A stretch of 62,989 bases of DNA from Nemertoderma westbladi (Eukaryota > Animalia > Xenacoelomorpha). The position numbers were made by a program, and so were the translations under genes. The notes beneath the pieces were generated by a model. The model did not search any database. It was not told where the DNA came from and saw only the letters and a list, made by a program, of their open reading frames with translations. This document shows, piece after piece, positions 39,101 through 52,115 of this stretch. How positions within the stretch are numbered: position 1 is the first letter of the stretch; each line of letters starts with the position of its first letter. The DNA is taken from NCBI GenBank assembly GCA_032718475.1, contig JAUCBJ010007897.1, forward strand, positions 1 through 62,989. Direction: 5' to 3'.

Positions 39101-40637
39101 ATGAGTCGACAGTATACTGTAAATAATCTAGAGACCTTTGTTGCAGCATTCTCTTCAGCTACTTCAAACATACAGCTAATTCCAGTTTCAACCGACGAAA
39201 TTGAGGAGATTGCATCTAAAACTGATATTGCAACTCACTTTGCAGCAGCAACTCCTTTGATTGGAATCTTGTCATCTCACCAAATTACCTTCGTCGATGG
39301 CAAACCGGTTATTCATCAATTTAGCAACCCCGTGCATCTAAAACTGATATTGCAACTCACTTTGCAGCAGCAACTCCTTTGATTGGAATCTTGTCATCTC
39401 ACCAAATTACCTTCGTCGATGGCAAACCGGTTATTCATCAATTTAGCAACCCCGTTCACAATGTTCGAACGAACACTGACGGCACTAACCATATTGATAC
39501 CGTGTCTGAAGTACAGGATACTGAGAATTTTGTTGTAAACATTGATGAGTCTGTTGTCGAAGTAGGTGATTGGCTACTAGCTTCTGTCCCTGGAGATAGA
39601 GTTGTCAAAAACTTTGTGTCGTTGTTAGTTAAGATTCGTGAGGAGGGGGAACTTGAAGTGCAGTTTGCTTCTCGCATTCGCAGTGATATAAAACTCCCTG
39701 GATCAGCGACCTTCAAGCTAGAGTCAGAGTTTGGGTTGCAGCCGCATCGCTCAGTAGTAAAGGTGTTGGCAAGACCTACGCCTATGGGTGGTACTGTGAG
39801 TAGTCAGAAACTGTATCGTTTTGATATTGGGTCATTTGTTGATGGACACATGCCAGATTAGATAAATTGAATGATAATGATAAATTAGTATGATAAATTG
39901 TCCCGGTAGTCACAAATTATTATCAGTAAATTGACTAATTTCGTGATCAAATGTAATATCTCTCTCTCGATTGTCGTTGTAATACTACTTGATTTTAGTT
40001 CCTTATATCTCGGTACACCGAGATCGTGCTCTAATACTGGACTAACGGGCTAACTTATCAAATATAGATCAATGTCCCAGAAGTCACAACAAATCCAAAT
40101 TCACAGCTAATCTAGGGATTTATTGAATTCATGGGATTAAAATTATTATTTTCGTATAAACATGTATTCACTTCAATCACACATGGGTATAATTAGGATT
40201 GTTGAACTATATTGTAAAATGGGACATGCTGTCCCGGTAGTCACGTCCCAGCAGTCACACTCAGCAATCTCTGCTGCAGCAACACCAATTACCCTTTGAA
40301 CTCGGGAATTCTCTAAAAACAAACTTTGGTTGTGCTGTGGCAACATAAAATATCATTGAAACCAGTATCTTTCGATGGCTGCTGACAGCAAATAAATAAA
40401 AAAACGGTCGAAAATTCGTGTCTTTTTTCATGTCCCCGTAGTCACACGCATAAAAACGCTCACAAAATGGTTCAAATGATTCATATCATGATGTTCTTTA
40501 TTAATTTTGCAGCCTACATTATCCATGGTTGCATTCCAATAGCAAGTTTTACATATGCTTGTTATACATCTCCTTAAACCATGTTCAAATGGACCAACCT
40601 TTGGCCTCTCTGTCCCAGGAGTCACATGGAATTACCC
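36187..40637 (+). mobile_element. Sola2-like DNA transposon, full-length but inactivated
   Basis: 4-bp TSD GTGT (36183-36186, 40638-40641); TIR GGGCAATTCCA / TGGAATTACCC; empty site seen in the RTE copy near 24940; internal transposase. The superfamily name comes from the GRG termini, 4-bp TSD and remembered protein motifs. Confidence 0.85.
37244..39861 (+). pseudogene. Sola2-type DDD/E transposase pseudogene
   Basis: FYNSDKISVMSPGRKD, KFCALRP..V, CLCITHEN, C..C, QIDFADNF..QDEVQSSYW..QITLFT, WSDE..SQWRNK and WNFSCAGHGKGAVDGVGAAIKR. Has stops/frameshifts, a probable intron 38116-38450 and a 122-bp duplication. Confidence 0.85.
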
Positions 40638-41362
40638 GTGTTGGGAAGTGGAAAAACCACTTTAGCAACTTGCTTGGGCAGCCACCAAACATCGAGGTCA
40701 GCCCTACAAGGAAAATATATGACAAGACACTGCCTATAGAAACAGGGGACTTCACACCTGCCGAACTCCAAAGAAGCATTAAAAGCATGTCCAATAATAA
40801 AGCAAGTGGAGTAGATGAAATCCCAGCGGAGGTATGGAAAACCGGAGTGCTAAACAGACCATTATTGAATGTTTGCAACCGGATGTTAAAAGGGGAAAAG
40901 CCACCACCAATTTGGACTAAAGGTCAACTAAAGCCTCTCCCGAAGAAAGAAGACTTTGGCATACCAACAAACTATCGTGGGATCTGTCTGCTTGTGGTAG
41001 CTGCCAAAATATACCTTAAAATGATTCTATATAGGATTAGGCCTCACATAGAGAAACTACTGCGAAGAGCCAAAACGGATTTCGACCAAGTAGATCAACA
41101 ATAGCTCAGATACTTGCACTACGGAGACTGATTGAAGGAATTAAGTTAAAGAATCTCCCCGCAGTCATGACTTTTGTGTACTTCAAGAAGGCATTCGACT
41201 CCATCCATAGAGGTAAAATGCTTGAAAACCTAAGAGCTTATGGAATACCAGAAGTAATTGTTGCTGGTATTGGATTGTTATATTGTGACACAGAAGCCAG
41301 ATACTCTCACCAGATGGTGAAACTGAGTTTTTCTCAATCCTGGCTGGCGTACTACAAGGTGA
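40638..41362 (+). mobile_element. RTE LINE family A fragment, right part
   Basis: KASGVDEIPAEVWK, PLPKK..NYRGICL and FKKAFDSIHRGK; near-identical to the reverse complement of 24215-24940. Confidence 0.9.
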
Positions 41363-41647
41363 TATATGATATTTTGAGCCTGGAAAAAACATGCTCAACA
41401 ACCCCCAATACATTCTGGTGCCTTCTGAAACATGAAGAAAATAATCAAACAGATAGTAGCACATCTATAGTGCATACCAAATGTGGACAGATTACATTCC
41501 TATTATAAAGCCTTTTTTAAGAACACCATGGAAACACACTCACCTGATGATATTGATAGTGAACCAAAAGATGTATCATGGCCTACTATATATACGGCTT
41601 AACATGTTATCGATTTGGCCTTAAAAAAAGAGGCCAGTTTTTTGCTC

Positions 41648-42265
41648 TATTGCGTTTGGTACACACCTATTTCAATTTTTTTCAAAGTTTTATTTTTATT
41701 TCATTGTACTATTTATTATAGTTAATTGTAGCTTAATACACACTAATCATATTGAAGCTGTACATGCGGGCCTCAAGCGACGACTTCGAAGGCAGTTTTG
41801 GCAAGTCGCTTGTAAAGGTGAAACAAGATACAGTTTGCCACTTTTCTTGGCAACTGCGGATGCGATAGCAGAAACCCACAATCTCCCTTTGTTGCTTGGT
41901 TGCGCATTCACTGCAATCAGTTAAAAGACAAATGAAACTGTAAATAGAACTTTTTCGTTTAAAGAACTCTACTACTGTGATTTATTCTTTTATATGTAAC
42001 TTTCTCTTAATTTGTTAATTATTTTTTATATTTATCCAATTACAATTGATGTTTTTCTTTTCCTTAAATTTTCTACATTCTTATAAAAAATATCCAAAAT
42101 TGTCTTTTTTTTCTTAATAAATTGGTGTGTACCAAACGCAATACTAAAGTGAGTCACTTTTGCGTTTGGGACACACCTATATCTGCGAAATTCATTCATT
42201 CATTCATTTTTTTTTATTAAAAAATTTTGCCAAAAAATTGAAATAGGTGTGTACCAAACACAATA
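41648..42265. mobile_element. MITE with ~35-bp TIRs
   Basis: TATTGCGTTTGGTACACACCTATTTCAATTTTTT vs AAAAAATTGAAATAGGTGTGTACCAAACACAATA; extra internal copies of the motif at ~42124 and ~42161. Confidence 0.7.
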
Positions 42266-44754
42266 TTCCCCAGTTTTTTTTTTACACTATTTTGATATTT
42301 TGATATGGGGAGAGTTCTATAAATTTTCATTTGCTGCAATTAGGTCAACGGTCGTAATTGAAGTCTCTTCGTTAACAAGATACTAAATTTTGTGGTAGCT
42401 AATGTTTTAGATAGGTTTAGCTAGTAATTTCGACAGTGGTTCCGACATCCTACTTCCCTCTATAAATTTTTTGTAGTAGCTTGCACTTATTACTATTTGT
42501 ATAGAAAATGTTCCAGAACATGTTAGCTATTCATTTTTTAAAAAGTTATGTTCTAGAACAAATATTTTTTGTTCTAGAACATTTTTTAGAAAAAAATCTG
42601 GATTCTATTTAAAACGCATGGAATCGTTCTAAAACGTGTTTAAAATCAATAACTAGCTACCACAGCTAACACTAGCTACACTGGCTACACAGTGGTGATT
42701 GGTTGGTCTCAGGTTAAATTTTCACGTATTTTCTACATAATATGACCTATAACACACCCGAAATGAACGTCTAGTGAACACAGAAATCAAACGTCATTTG
42801 AACATAGATTGGTTGTGGTCTCTTTTACGTTCAATTATCCGTTCATATTACTGTTCTTCTGACGGCCAACTTTGAATTATTGAACGTTCAGCATCATAGG
42901 AATCCTATGGGAGACATACACGTCATATGAACATAAATACAGAACGTCTGGACGAATAATGAACGTACATTTACGTTTTTGTGCTCTCTGGGGCTCTACC
43001 CAGATGTTCACCCTTTACTGGTCGATAAATGGGAACCATTGGAAAGGTTTGCTGTGAAGGATCACCCTGGCGGTGCAGTGAACAGGCATTCCCTGACTTA
43101 CTAAGCCTAAACGATTCTCCCATTCAAAATTCATATTTGTCACAGTGGCGATAAGGTACAAGGGAGATAAAGGCCTGGGACCGATATGTACCCAAGGGGA
43201 CGATGACCATTTGAGGAGCGATAAGGCCCTATAATCAACTCCAGTGTCCATAAGTCAGCAGAGAAGCCGAAGTAGGAAAGTTATTGGCTGGCCACCATTC
43301 AATACTCACTCATGTAGCTACTGTTTTCCATTTTATCTTTACTATCTATTATAACTTGAAGACCTGAAGATAAACTCTATCGACGCCACATGTTATTGTG
43401 TTTAATGTCATGTAAACTCTACGGATACACAAAAGTATAATATGTGTAGGGGGGGGGGGGGGGGGGGGCTAAAGGACATTATTATTAATCTTTAAGAAAA
43501 TTACTACAATATTTTTACCTGCAATCTTCAACATAATTTCATTTATAATTTATTTGCTATTAAAAGACGAAACTTATTATATAAAGCTATGCCTGATCAA
43601 AGGAGCCTGATTGACGGTTCACGATCATCATAGATGCCTCATGATGGAGACATCAGCTTGGTATACGTTAGACAGCCCATGACTTTCTAGATACGCCTCA
43701 TAATGGAAAGTTTGACAACGGCTTTGAAGATGCAGATAATCTTTCAAAAGTTATGGGTAAAATAGGGCTTTGTAGCGATTCAATTTTGTTGATAAGGCGG
43801 CTTAGCATTATCTCTATACAGCAAGCCGGGTGGATTTAATAGAACATTATTGTCAAAATCCAATTAATTCTTTGTTAAATTATTCCCACTAAAACAAATT
43901 TAAACCAAAATGTTTTTTATGGTTTTAATAATTTCGCTATTGATATTTTTATGTTTTTATGTTACAAAGTTTGATGCAAATATATTTCCTATAATTATGT
44001 GAAGTCGCTGATATTTCGATGCAATTATAGTATGCTACACCCTCCTATATGCCGGGATAAACACGAAGAGTGATATAGTAATGGTTTTAAATGTAATTAT
44101 TACCTTACATTACTTGTACGCTTCCTGACTTATAATTATACTATAAATTATGCTTCAATGTTACGCTTATACTCATGTCAAATTAATTTAATTTCGAAAA
44201 ATTGATGCTGATGTATTATCCGCAGTTGAAGTTGAGGCAGAATCATGCTGATTCTGTAGCCATGGAGGTTGTAGAAGAGATGATTACTCAGAGGGGTATG
44301 TGATGGCCTGGGGATGCACTTACTTACAATAGTATCATAGGAATAATTGCAGGAAGTGTCACCACACCCCAAACCTGGAACACGATTACATTTAGTAGAG
44401 CACGGATTAATAGAAGTTGATGGTTTTTTATAATGGAGAATGATTATCTTGGGCGTATATAAGTGTACTATTAGGGTCTACAAAATTCACCATACTGCTA
44501 ACAGTTCATAGTTCCAACAGGGGTGCGTTTTACCAATGAATGAAAACTAAATTTTACAGTGTTTTACAAAATATATGAGCCATGGGTGTTAATATTAATG
44601 TGCATGTATTTGCATTAAAATTATAAAAATTTATTTGCATAATTAAAACAACCCTTGTAAATACTTATATCAGGATTTATAAAACGCGGAATAATCCACT
44701 TTGACTTTTATCAAAAAATATATATATATTTATGAATCATGAGTTTATGCTATT

Positions 44755-45191
44755 AAATATTTTTATCTATTTATTTTAATAATATTTTTATCTATTTATT
44801 TTATTAATATTTTTATCTATTTATTTTATTAATATTTTTATCTATTTATTATATTAATATTTTTATCTATTTATTTTATTAATATTTTTATCTATTTATT
44901 TTATTAATATTTTTATCTATTTATTTTATTAATATTTTTATCTATTTATTTTATTAATATTTTTATCTATTTATTTTATTAATATTTTTATCTATTTATT
45001 TTATTAATATTTTTATCTATTTATTTTATTAATATTTTTATCTATTTATTTTATTAATATTTTTATCTATTTATTTTATTAATATTTTTATCCATTTATT
45101 TTATTAATATTTTTATCTATTTATGTTATTAATATTTTTATCTATTTATTTTATTAATATTTTTATCTATTTATTTTATTAATATTTTTAT
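44755..45191. repeat. 25-bp AT-rich minisatellite, about 17 copies
   Basis: Unit AATATTTTTATCTATTTATTTTATT. Confidence 0.95.
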
Positions 45192-45359
45192 ATAAATTAT
45201 ATATAATATATTAAATATTACTGTTATTTACTATAATATATTAAAGAGTCGATACTGATAGACAACCTTCTAGTACAGGCCTTCTTCAATACTACCCTTA
45301 TAACCGGCCTGCTGCATTGAAACTGTACATTGAGATACTATGCCAGCTTAACAAAAACA

Positions 45360-46235
45360 TTTTGTCACGATTTACAGTTTGGGTTTAGATCTAACTCGAG
45401 TACGGTAATGTGTACTTGTGGTGGGTGCTTTATTGGAAATTACTATTATGGATTATTAACTTACGCTGATGATGTTCTCTTATTGTGTCCATCTGGTTAA
45501 TTTTTGTAAAAAGTATTGCTGTATGTGCAATTTACGATTATGTACCTAATATTAACCCTAATAAAAGTAAATCGAAGTGCATTCCGTTTAATTTCTCCTG
45601 GTCGCCCCCTGATATAGAAATAATAGTAAGAGATATAAAATTGCCTTGGGTGAAACAAACTGAACATCTAGGAAACACAATGAACTTCAAACCAATTATA
45701 TAAATTTTCCAAACCATATAATCTTACATATATACAACGTATATATACTTTCAGTTTCTATGGCAGTGCTTTATGAGACCTTTGGTCTCCCGAGTGCAAT
45801 AGGTTGTTCAGTAGTTGGAACATAAACGTCAGAATTGTTTGGCGTTTACCTTTCAACTCGCACAGGTATATCGTTGAACGTCTTGTTGATTTTCCACACC
45901 CGCGAGTAATTTTGTGCAAGAACTTTGTAAACTTTGCTAACAGTTTATTTTCATCTCAGCGTCCATGTGTTCGTTTTCTTTCGTATTTAGTGCTACTGAT
46001 TGTAGGAGTGTTAGTGGTAGTAATTTTCGATGTATAGCGACCGAATGTGGAATTCGTGATTTAGATAAAATTTATGTTAAAACAGTATCGAGAAAATTGT
46101 CAAGTTTAACGTAAAGGATCAATGGAAGTTGAAATGTTGCAATGAATTAGCCTATTGTTTATGTAGTGAATTAGTTATTCCAGGTTTTACAAGTGAAGAA
46201 ATAAAATATATGTTCGACTACGTTGCTTCTGTTTA
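45360..46235 (+). mobile_element. Degenerate non-LTR retrotransposon RT fragment (non-RTE family, clade uncertain)
   Basis: LQFGFRSNSSTVMCT, YADDVLLLCPS, NPNKSK, EHLGN, FYGS and WNINVRIVWRLP..SHR, with deletions. Confidence 0.7.
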
Positions 46236-46384
46236 ATGATATTAATTAATTATGTGCAATAATACCCCCAAGTATTACTATACGTTCTTTCTTTTGTCTA
46301 TATTGTGCTACGTACATTTATATATCTCTCTATTTACTGTAGGAATCTGCCATATTTAATATGCTGCACGATATCAATGAATAA

Positions 46385-47195
46385 TAATAATAATTAAGAA
46401 TGCTATGCCGGCTTATCAATAAAGTTACACCGCCACAACTCCATATCCCCCATGACTTTCGCGAGATTATCCGCATCTTCAAGGCCAGTGTCCTTCAAGA
46501 GGCGTCTCACGAAAGTGATGGGCTGTCTACCATGCTTATTTTCTCCATGGGGTTGCCAAAGCACAAGATTGTGCACAGGCTGGTCCTCATGGCGTAAACA
46601 ATGTCCTACAAAGCAGAGGCGGCTTTGTTCGGCAGTTAGAGTCCAGCGGACTCCCGTAGAGGAGTACTGGAACTACTGCTGCTCTAAATAATCAGACCTT
46701 AAGATTCCGATGAATTCTGTGTGACTTCCAAATCCTGAAATGCTGCCCATGGCTTTCCCTTACGTATTTGAAGGTCCTCACCTGAATTCCTGATCCATGA
46801 TCCCAAGTAACAGAAGTCGTCCACATGCTCAAGCATACCATCCTTTGAGCTTGTGCTCATCCAATCAGAGATTTGATGAGGACTTTCAAAGTTAACTGTC
46901 AATATTTCGGTCTCCTTGGAGTTAAAAAAAAGACCAACACTACATAAGCAACCTGCTCCAATGGGGAGAGCAGCCTTTGGCTCCCTTTAGTGATTCTGAC
47001 AGTACTGATGACTTAAGTCATCAGCAAAGTCTAGATCAGTAAGGTACTTTGCTGGATTTCTTCTATTTCTTGTGCTAGTTAGTAGGAGGTGTTATTACCA
47101 TCACCCCATCTTTATTACGACGGTCTAAGGACATTCGTAGAACATACTCAAACACAAGTACGAATAAGAATGGTGTAAGAGTATCACCCCTCACC
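46385..47195 (-). mobile_element. RTE LINE family B fragment, internally deleted
   Basis: Similar to 28605-29130 (DFADD, DFCYLGSW) and to the family B 3' end. Confidence 0.85.
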
Positions 47196-48134
47196 TCATA
47201 AGGTCTCCCCATATGACTTCGAATTTATCTATTAATTAGATCGTGGGGGGAATCCTCCCTGAGGATCCTCCCACATTGTGGTGTGGTTTTGTAAGGAGCC
47301 GCATAGCGTTTCGAAATGTTCAGTTTTACAGTTTCATATTTGTTCAACCGTTGTAGTTGTCAGTACATTTACACCCCTTTCTAAGAATTTAGAACCTCAT
47401 AAAGTTTTAAATTAACTCTGACTATCTTATATATCCCCTTGAGTAATCGTTTATTAAGAACAACTCAACCTTTGACAAATCAGTTCTTCGTTAATATCTT
47501 TTGTAATCGCTACATGATATGATAAACTTAATATAACATTTTTTCATATATCAACAAAGGTTTTAATTCATACGAATACATGGAAACTCATGATGCGATC
47601 AATATATTTCAAGGACTCAAAACTACAAACAAAATCAGTTGGGGTTATGCGCCTATGTTGTTTCTTACATATGCGTAGACATAAGCATACGTACAGTACA
47701 GAAGATGTCTGTATGTTTATGTATGTATCGTCGACATTTTTAATGCATGCCCACCACAATAACAATAACACCTGCATTTACATTTCTTAATTATAGATGC
47801 ATTTGATCAAAGCTATTTAACATTATTTTGAAAAATACATTTTTTCCACACCCAATTATTACTAGTTTCATTGGCCACACAATCTCTGCGGGTTACTAAA
47901 AGTTCATCAGTTCATCAGTGCACTTCTAATTATCAGTTCATTCAATATTCTTTTTGGCTATTCAAATAAATAATAATAACCGACGGTAAAAAAATTATAG
48001 ACCCCCAGCGGAGAAAATGTAATTACGTAAAAGCCGTAAATGAAATAATTAAATTGTTATTTTTCTGAAATCATGAAATCGATTATTATTAATTCCACTT
48101 GATGGTAAAAAATACACCATGGCATATCTCCAAG

Positions 48135-48746
48135 TCACGCCCTAGTGACGCGGTAGTACGTGTAAAAGCGGGCAGTTGTGCCCGGATTCATGGAGACATC
48201 CAATTGGAACGGTTGATTTTCGCCGTTATCCACCTCGCTGTTGAATATGAACTCGTGGCAGACTAGACAACTCGGGTGGGCCAGTGCGTAGAAACCGTTG
48301 TAATACTGGAAAACTTTAAAGTCGCCCTAGAACTCGGGTTCTAGAATACCAGAAGGGCCCCTGTTAAATTCATCCATTATTCAGTCTATTACTAAAATAG
48401 GCTGTGTGCCATATTGTCACAAAAAATATGATATTACTAAAATATGTTAGCTATATTCATTTATAAAATTAATAACTCTTATCTAGTTATCACTACTAAT
48501 CATTAATATGGAGCCTCGCGATTTAAAAACAATTACCATCTTTTCTCATCTTACATAAAAGTAATACTCGTTTTTCATTACTTGCAGTCGTTACCTTAAT
48601 CTGTTGCGTTGCCACGGTTGCATCCCGCACATCCGGCGAGGGTATGAGCTGTGAACCGTTACCAGAATGGTGGTGCATCAATAAACGATACCAGTTCCCC
48701 CGCCAGATGGCGTCATCCGCCGGGTCAAGACAGACGGGCGAACCAC
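48135..48746 (-). CDS. Possible last two exons of an unidentified gene (or pseudogene)
   Basis: GC-richer blocks 48595-48746 (pyrimidine tract + AG, donor AAG|GTAACG) and 48135-48326 (TTCTAG acceptor, 63 codons to TGA) splice in frame. No family recognised. Confidence 0.35.
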
Positions 48747-49133
48747 CTATGGTAGGAGGAAGCATAGATAATAAGTTGGAACAAGAAGAGAAGCTAATTC
48801 GTTTTAAAGTTACAACCATGAAAAAATGGGCCTCAGAGTTATCTAAAGGTGAGCAATCATCAGCTGGTTGTTTCGGATTTGCCAAATTTGTTTTAAATTT
48901 GTCAAAATAAAAATTTGGGTGGGGTGGGCCGATATCTAGCTAATACAAGTTACTAATTAGTGCAATAATTATTACTAATGAAATATTTACTAGTGCAATA
49001 ATTTATTAATACTATTTAGTACAATAATTATTTGATTTCAATGAAATTGAAACAAAATGTCTTAAAAATCTTTATATAATATAATAATAAGTTTGTTAGA
49101 GGATCTGTTGCTGGTGTTCAAAAAAGGTAGAGT

Positions 49134-49199
49134 TGCCGATATTTCAACCAATGTATATTAAAATTAATTATAATATACTAACAGGCCTTCATCAGGGCA
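49134..49199 (-). ncRNA. Minimal type I hammerhead ribozyme in the 3' pseudo-LTR
   Basis: UGCC-CUGAUGA-A-GGCC[AT-rich hairpin]GGUU-GAA-AUAU-C-GGCA; predicted AUC cleavage between 49138 and 49137. Confidence 0.75.
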
Positions 49200-49435
49200 G
49201 ACGGAATGCTGGCTACATACTGGGAAACTAAACTACTACACATAGCACAAGGTCTGAATGGGATACCGGTAACAATCGAGCCTAGCTAAAACATCACAAT
49301 ACAGCACCAAGTATATTCCAAAATTATAATAAACAACAAAGGGGGGGGGGGGGGGGGGAATTTATATATTTTATCTTTTCGCGCCAAAAAACAACAATTC
49401 GACCCCCATAGGTACTAGTAATCAATGTGATGGAG

Positions 49436-49800
49436 CTACCATCCCGGATTATATTGTACGTACTGAGTGTTAAGTGTGGGGTGCTCGTGTTTTATGTAGT
49501 GTTTTTCGCTTATTTTTCTGTCGGCCCAGTCTTTGCATTTATGCTTTACAGTTATTGTGAATGGTTGTGGGTGTTGACTGTGTCCCGGGTGCTTGTCAAG
49601 GTAATGTTCTCCCATCGCTTCCTTACGGTTCGCCCCACGTATCGAGTTACGATGTTGGTGTATCCTCACACGTAAAGGGCACAAGGTCTCCCCGATGTAA
49701 TTTTGTACTGTAGGTTTACATAAGGTACAGGCTAGTTCGTACACTACGTTCCTAATTGTACAGTTTTTAACTCCATTGGTGCAGGTGTAACAAGTGACGT
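49436..49800 (-). CDS. GIY-YIG endonuclease domain of the Penelope-like element
   Basis: C..C preceding NVVYELACTLC..NYIGET..LRVRIHQH..RKISEKHYI..PTLN. Confidence 0.85.
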
Positions 49801-50112
49801 TACGGGTGGTTGGGCAAGGGTCTGTAGTTAGGCTACCTCGAATCAGAAGTTGTTTCAGTTTGGGACCTGGGGTACTGACTAGGCGGATATGGTGACGTAA
49901 GTTGGAGGTATTAATAATTTGCTGTGTGTGTCTGTGCAGGTGTTCATGGATGGACGGTATAACCAGTGGTATGCGGGGTCCGTTGGTGGCAGTGTTCCTG
50001 TGGTGTGGGTTGCGTTTCTGTGGTGGGGGCCTACCACTAAGTATAGTGTTGGTTAATGTGTCTACTACGGCTGCTGGGAAGTCATTATTTATTAGGGTAT
50101 TTGTTACTTTAA

Positions 50113-52063
50113 CTAAGCTACGTTACGCCCTAGATTGGTATTTCTATTACGTATAGCCCGTTGGATTGCGGCCCTAGCAGTATTAAGAACTATGTTGCCC
50201 GGGTGGCTACTGTAGTAGTTAAGGATTATGCCGGCATTACTAGGTTTAATATAGAGCTCGAAGTCTATGTGCCCGTGGTCATTATCCGTGGTGATTACAT
50301 CGAGAAAGGGGAGACTGGTATAGGATTTCTCCATGGTATATTTAATAGTGGGGTGGCAAGTATTCAAATAACCAAGAAAACTGTCTAACTCTTCCTCTCC
50401 ATGCTGCCACAAGGACCAACCGTCATCGTAGAATCTAAACCAGCAAAAAATGTTTAAATGCTAATTCACTAAAAATATTTTTTCTTTAACATGTATATAG
50501 ATCCCCGGAAATGGTCCGGCAAGCCTAACTCCCATCCCAAGTCCGTCATTTTGTTCGTAGAATTTACCGTTGAAATGGAAGAAAGTAAATTCTAAACTGG
50601 TTTTAAGTAAACCGTATAAATCGGGGATATCTAATCCGAATAAGTCGATTTCATCCCTAAGCTGGTTGACGAAACCAGTGACTACATCGATCCCTTCTTG
50701 TACAGGGATTACCGTATACATTGAAACAGTGTCGAGCCTGAACAACATATCGCCAGGTTGAAGCGGCGGTAGTTGTGCCACACGTTCCATGAAATCCACG
50801 GTATTCTGTAGTCCTTCCGGAAAGAGCGCGGCCGCTTGGCCGAGGATCTTACTTGCAAACCAAGAGGGTTTCTCTCTGGCTGAGCCGGACCCGGATGAGA
50901 TAGGCCGCATAGGTTCGCCCACCTTATGCATCTTAGGGTTGCCATACAGATCGGGCGGTCGTGCGTATTGGTTGCTCCTCATTGCCTGGGTGAGGTAATG
51001 TTGGTTACTGCGTTCTAGAACGCTAGTCACCCTGGCATTAATTTTCTTTATCGCCCCTGTGTTGGGGTTCTTTGGTAACGGTGTGTAAGAGTTAGTGTTG
51101 GACAGAATGTCTTGGGTAATTTTTTCCAGATATCTAGTCCTTTCCATAATCGCGAAACCGCCACTTTTATCCGCTTTTTTAACGATGATGTCCCTATTTA
51201 ATTGGATCTCCCTAAGTGCGCGATATTCAGTTTCGATTAGGTTGCTAATGGGTGGGTGCTCTGGAGGTGTATATTTAAAGTTCAAAAACACTGCTATAAT
51301 GGATTGTTGAAGTCCCGCGAGTTCGCGTTCTACCTGTGCATGCCTCGTGTCTGGAGGGGGGGGGGGGGGGGACTGGTAGGCATCGGGAATCGGGATCTTC
51401 CCAAGCGACCGGGGGCGGGGGGGGGGGCGGGGGGGGATCCGTTGGAAGTGCACTCGGTGTAGTGAGGATGGTAGAACTTGTTGTAGTAACAGTCGTTCTC
51501 GTCACAGTATCGGTGGGACTCGTCGCAGTACCGGTAGCACTCGCCATAGTACCGGTAGAGCTCGTCGTCGTTGTAAGGGTGGAACTCGTGGTAGTAATGG
51601 TATGACTCGTCGTAGTACCGGTAGCACTCGCCGTAGTACTGGTAGGGCTCGTCGTCGTACCGGTAGAACTCGTCGCTCCGGTAGAACTCGTTGTAGTGAC
51701 GGGAGCAGAACTCGTTGCGGTGCCAGTGGGGAGAGCTGTACTATCCGGAGATGCAGAAATCTTAGTCGAGGAGGTGGTCGTGGTTGAGGAGGAGCTCGAG
51801 CGGTTAGCCGCGTGTTCTTGGGCGATCCTCTGTCGTTCCATCTTCCAGCGTAAACCGTAGGCGAGTCTATCCAAGCATATGGCGATGTTATCCACAGCTG
51901 CGCGGTCCAGAGTTTGCTGGGTGGCGAACTGCGGGCCCTTGCTAAGCAACGGGAGTGTTCCCTCCGGGAAACTGGGAGTGTTACTAATATTATTATTATT
52001 AAATTTGTTAGAGGATCTGTTGCTGGTGATCAAAAAAGGTAGAGTTGCCGATATTTCAACCAA
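50113..52063 (-). pseudogene. Penelope-type reverse transcriptase, frameshifted
   Basis: ORFs 51275..52063, 50461..51453 and 50113..50412 carry consecutive PLE RT motifs. Some breaks coincide with G or T/A homopolymers and may be sequencing errors. Confidence 0.85.
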
Positions 52064-52115
52064 TGTATATTTAATTAATTAAATTATAATATACTAACAG
52101 GCCTTCATCAGGGCA
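52046..52115 (-). ncRNA. Minimal type I hammerhead ribozyme in the 5' pseudo-LTR
   Basis: Same motif as 49134-49199, differing only in the AT-rich stem II loop. Confidence 0.75.

Noticed and set aside
41362-41580. Minus-strand exon-like piece with good splice sites (RHQNVLGVVEHVFSRLK, weakly Harbinger-like)
   Set aside because: Too short, frame ambiguous, and truncated by the RTE fragment; cannot be assigned.
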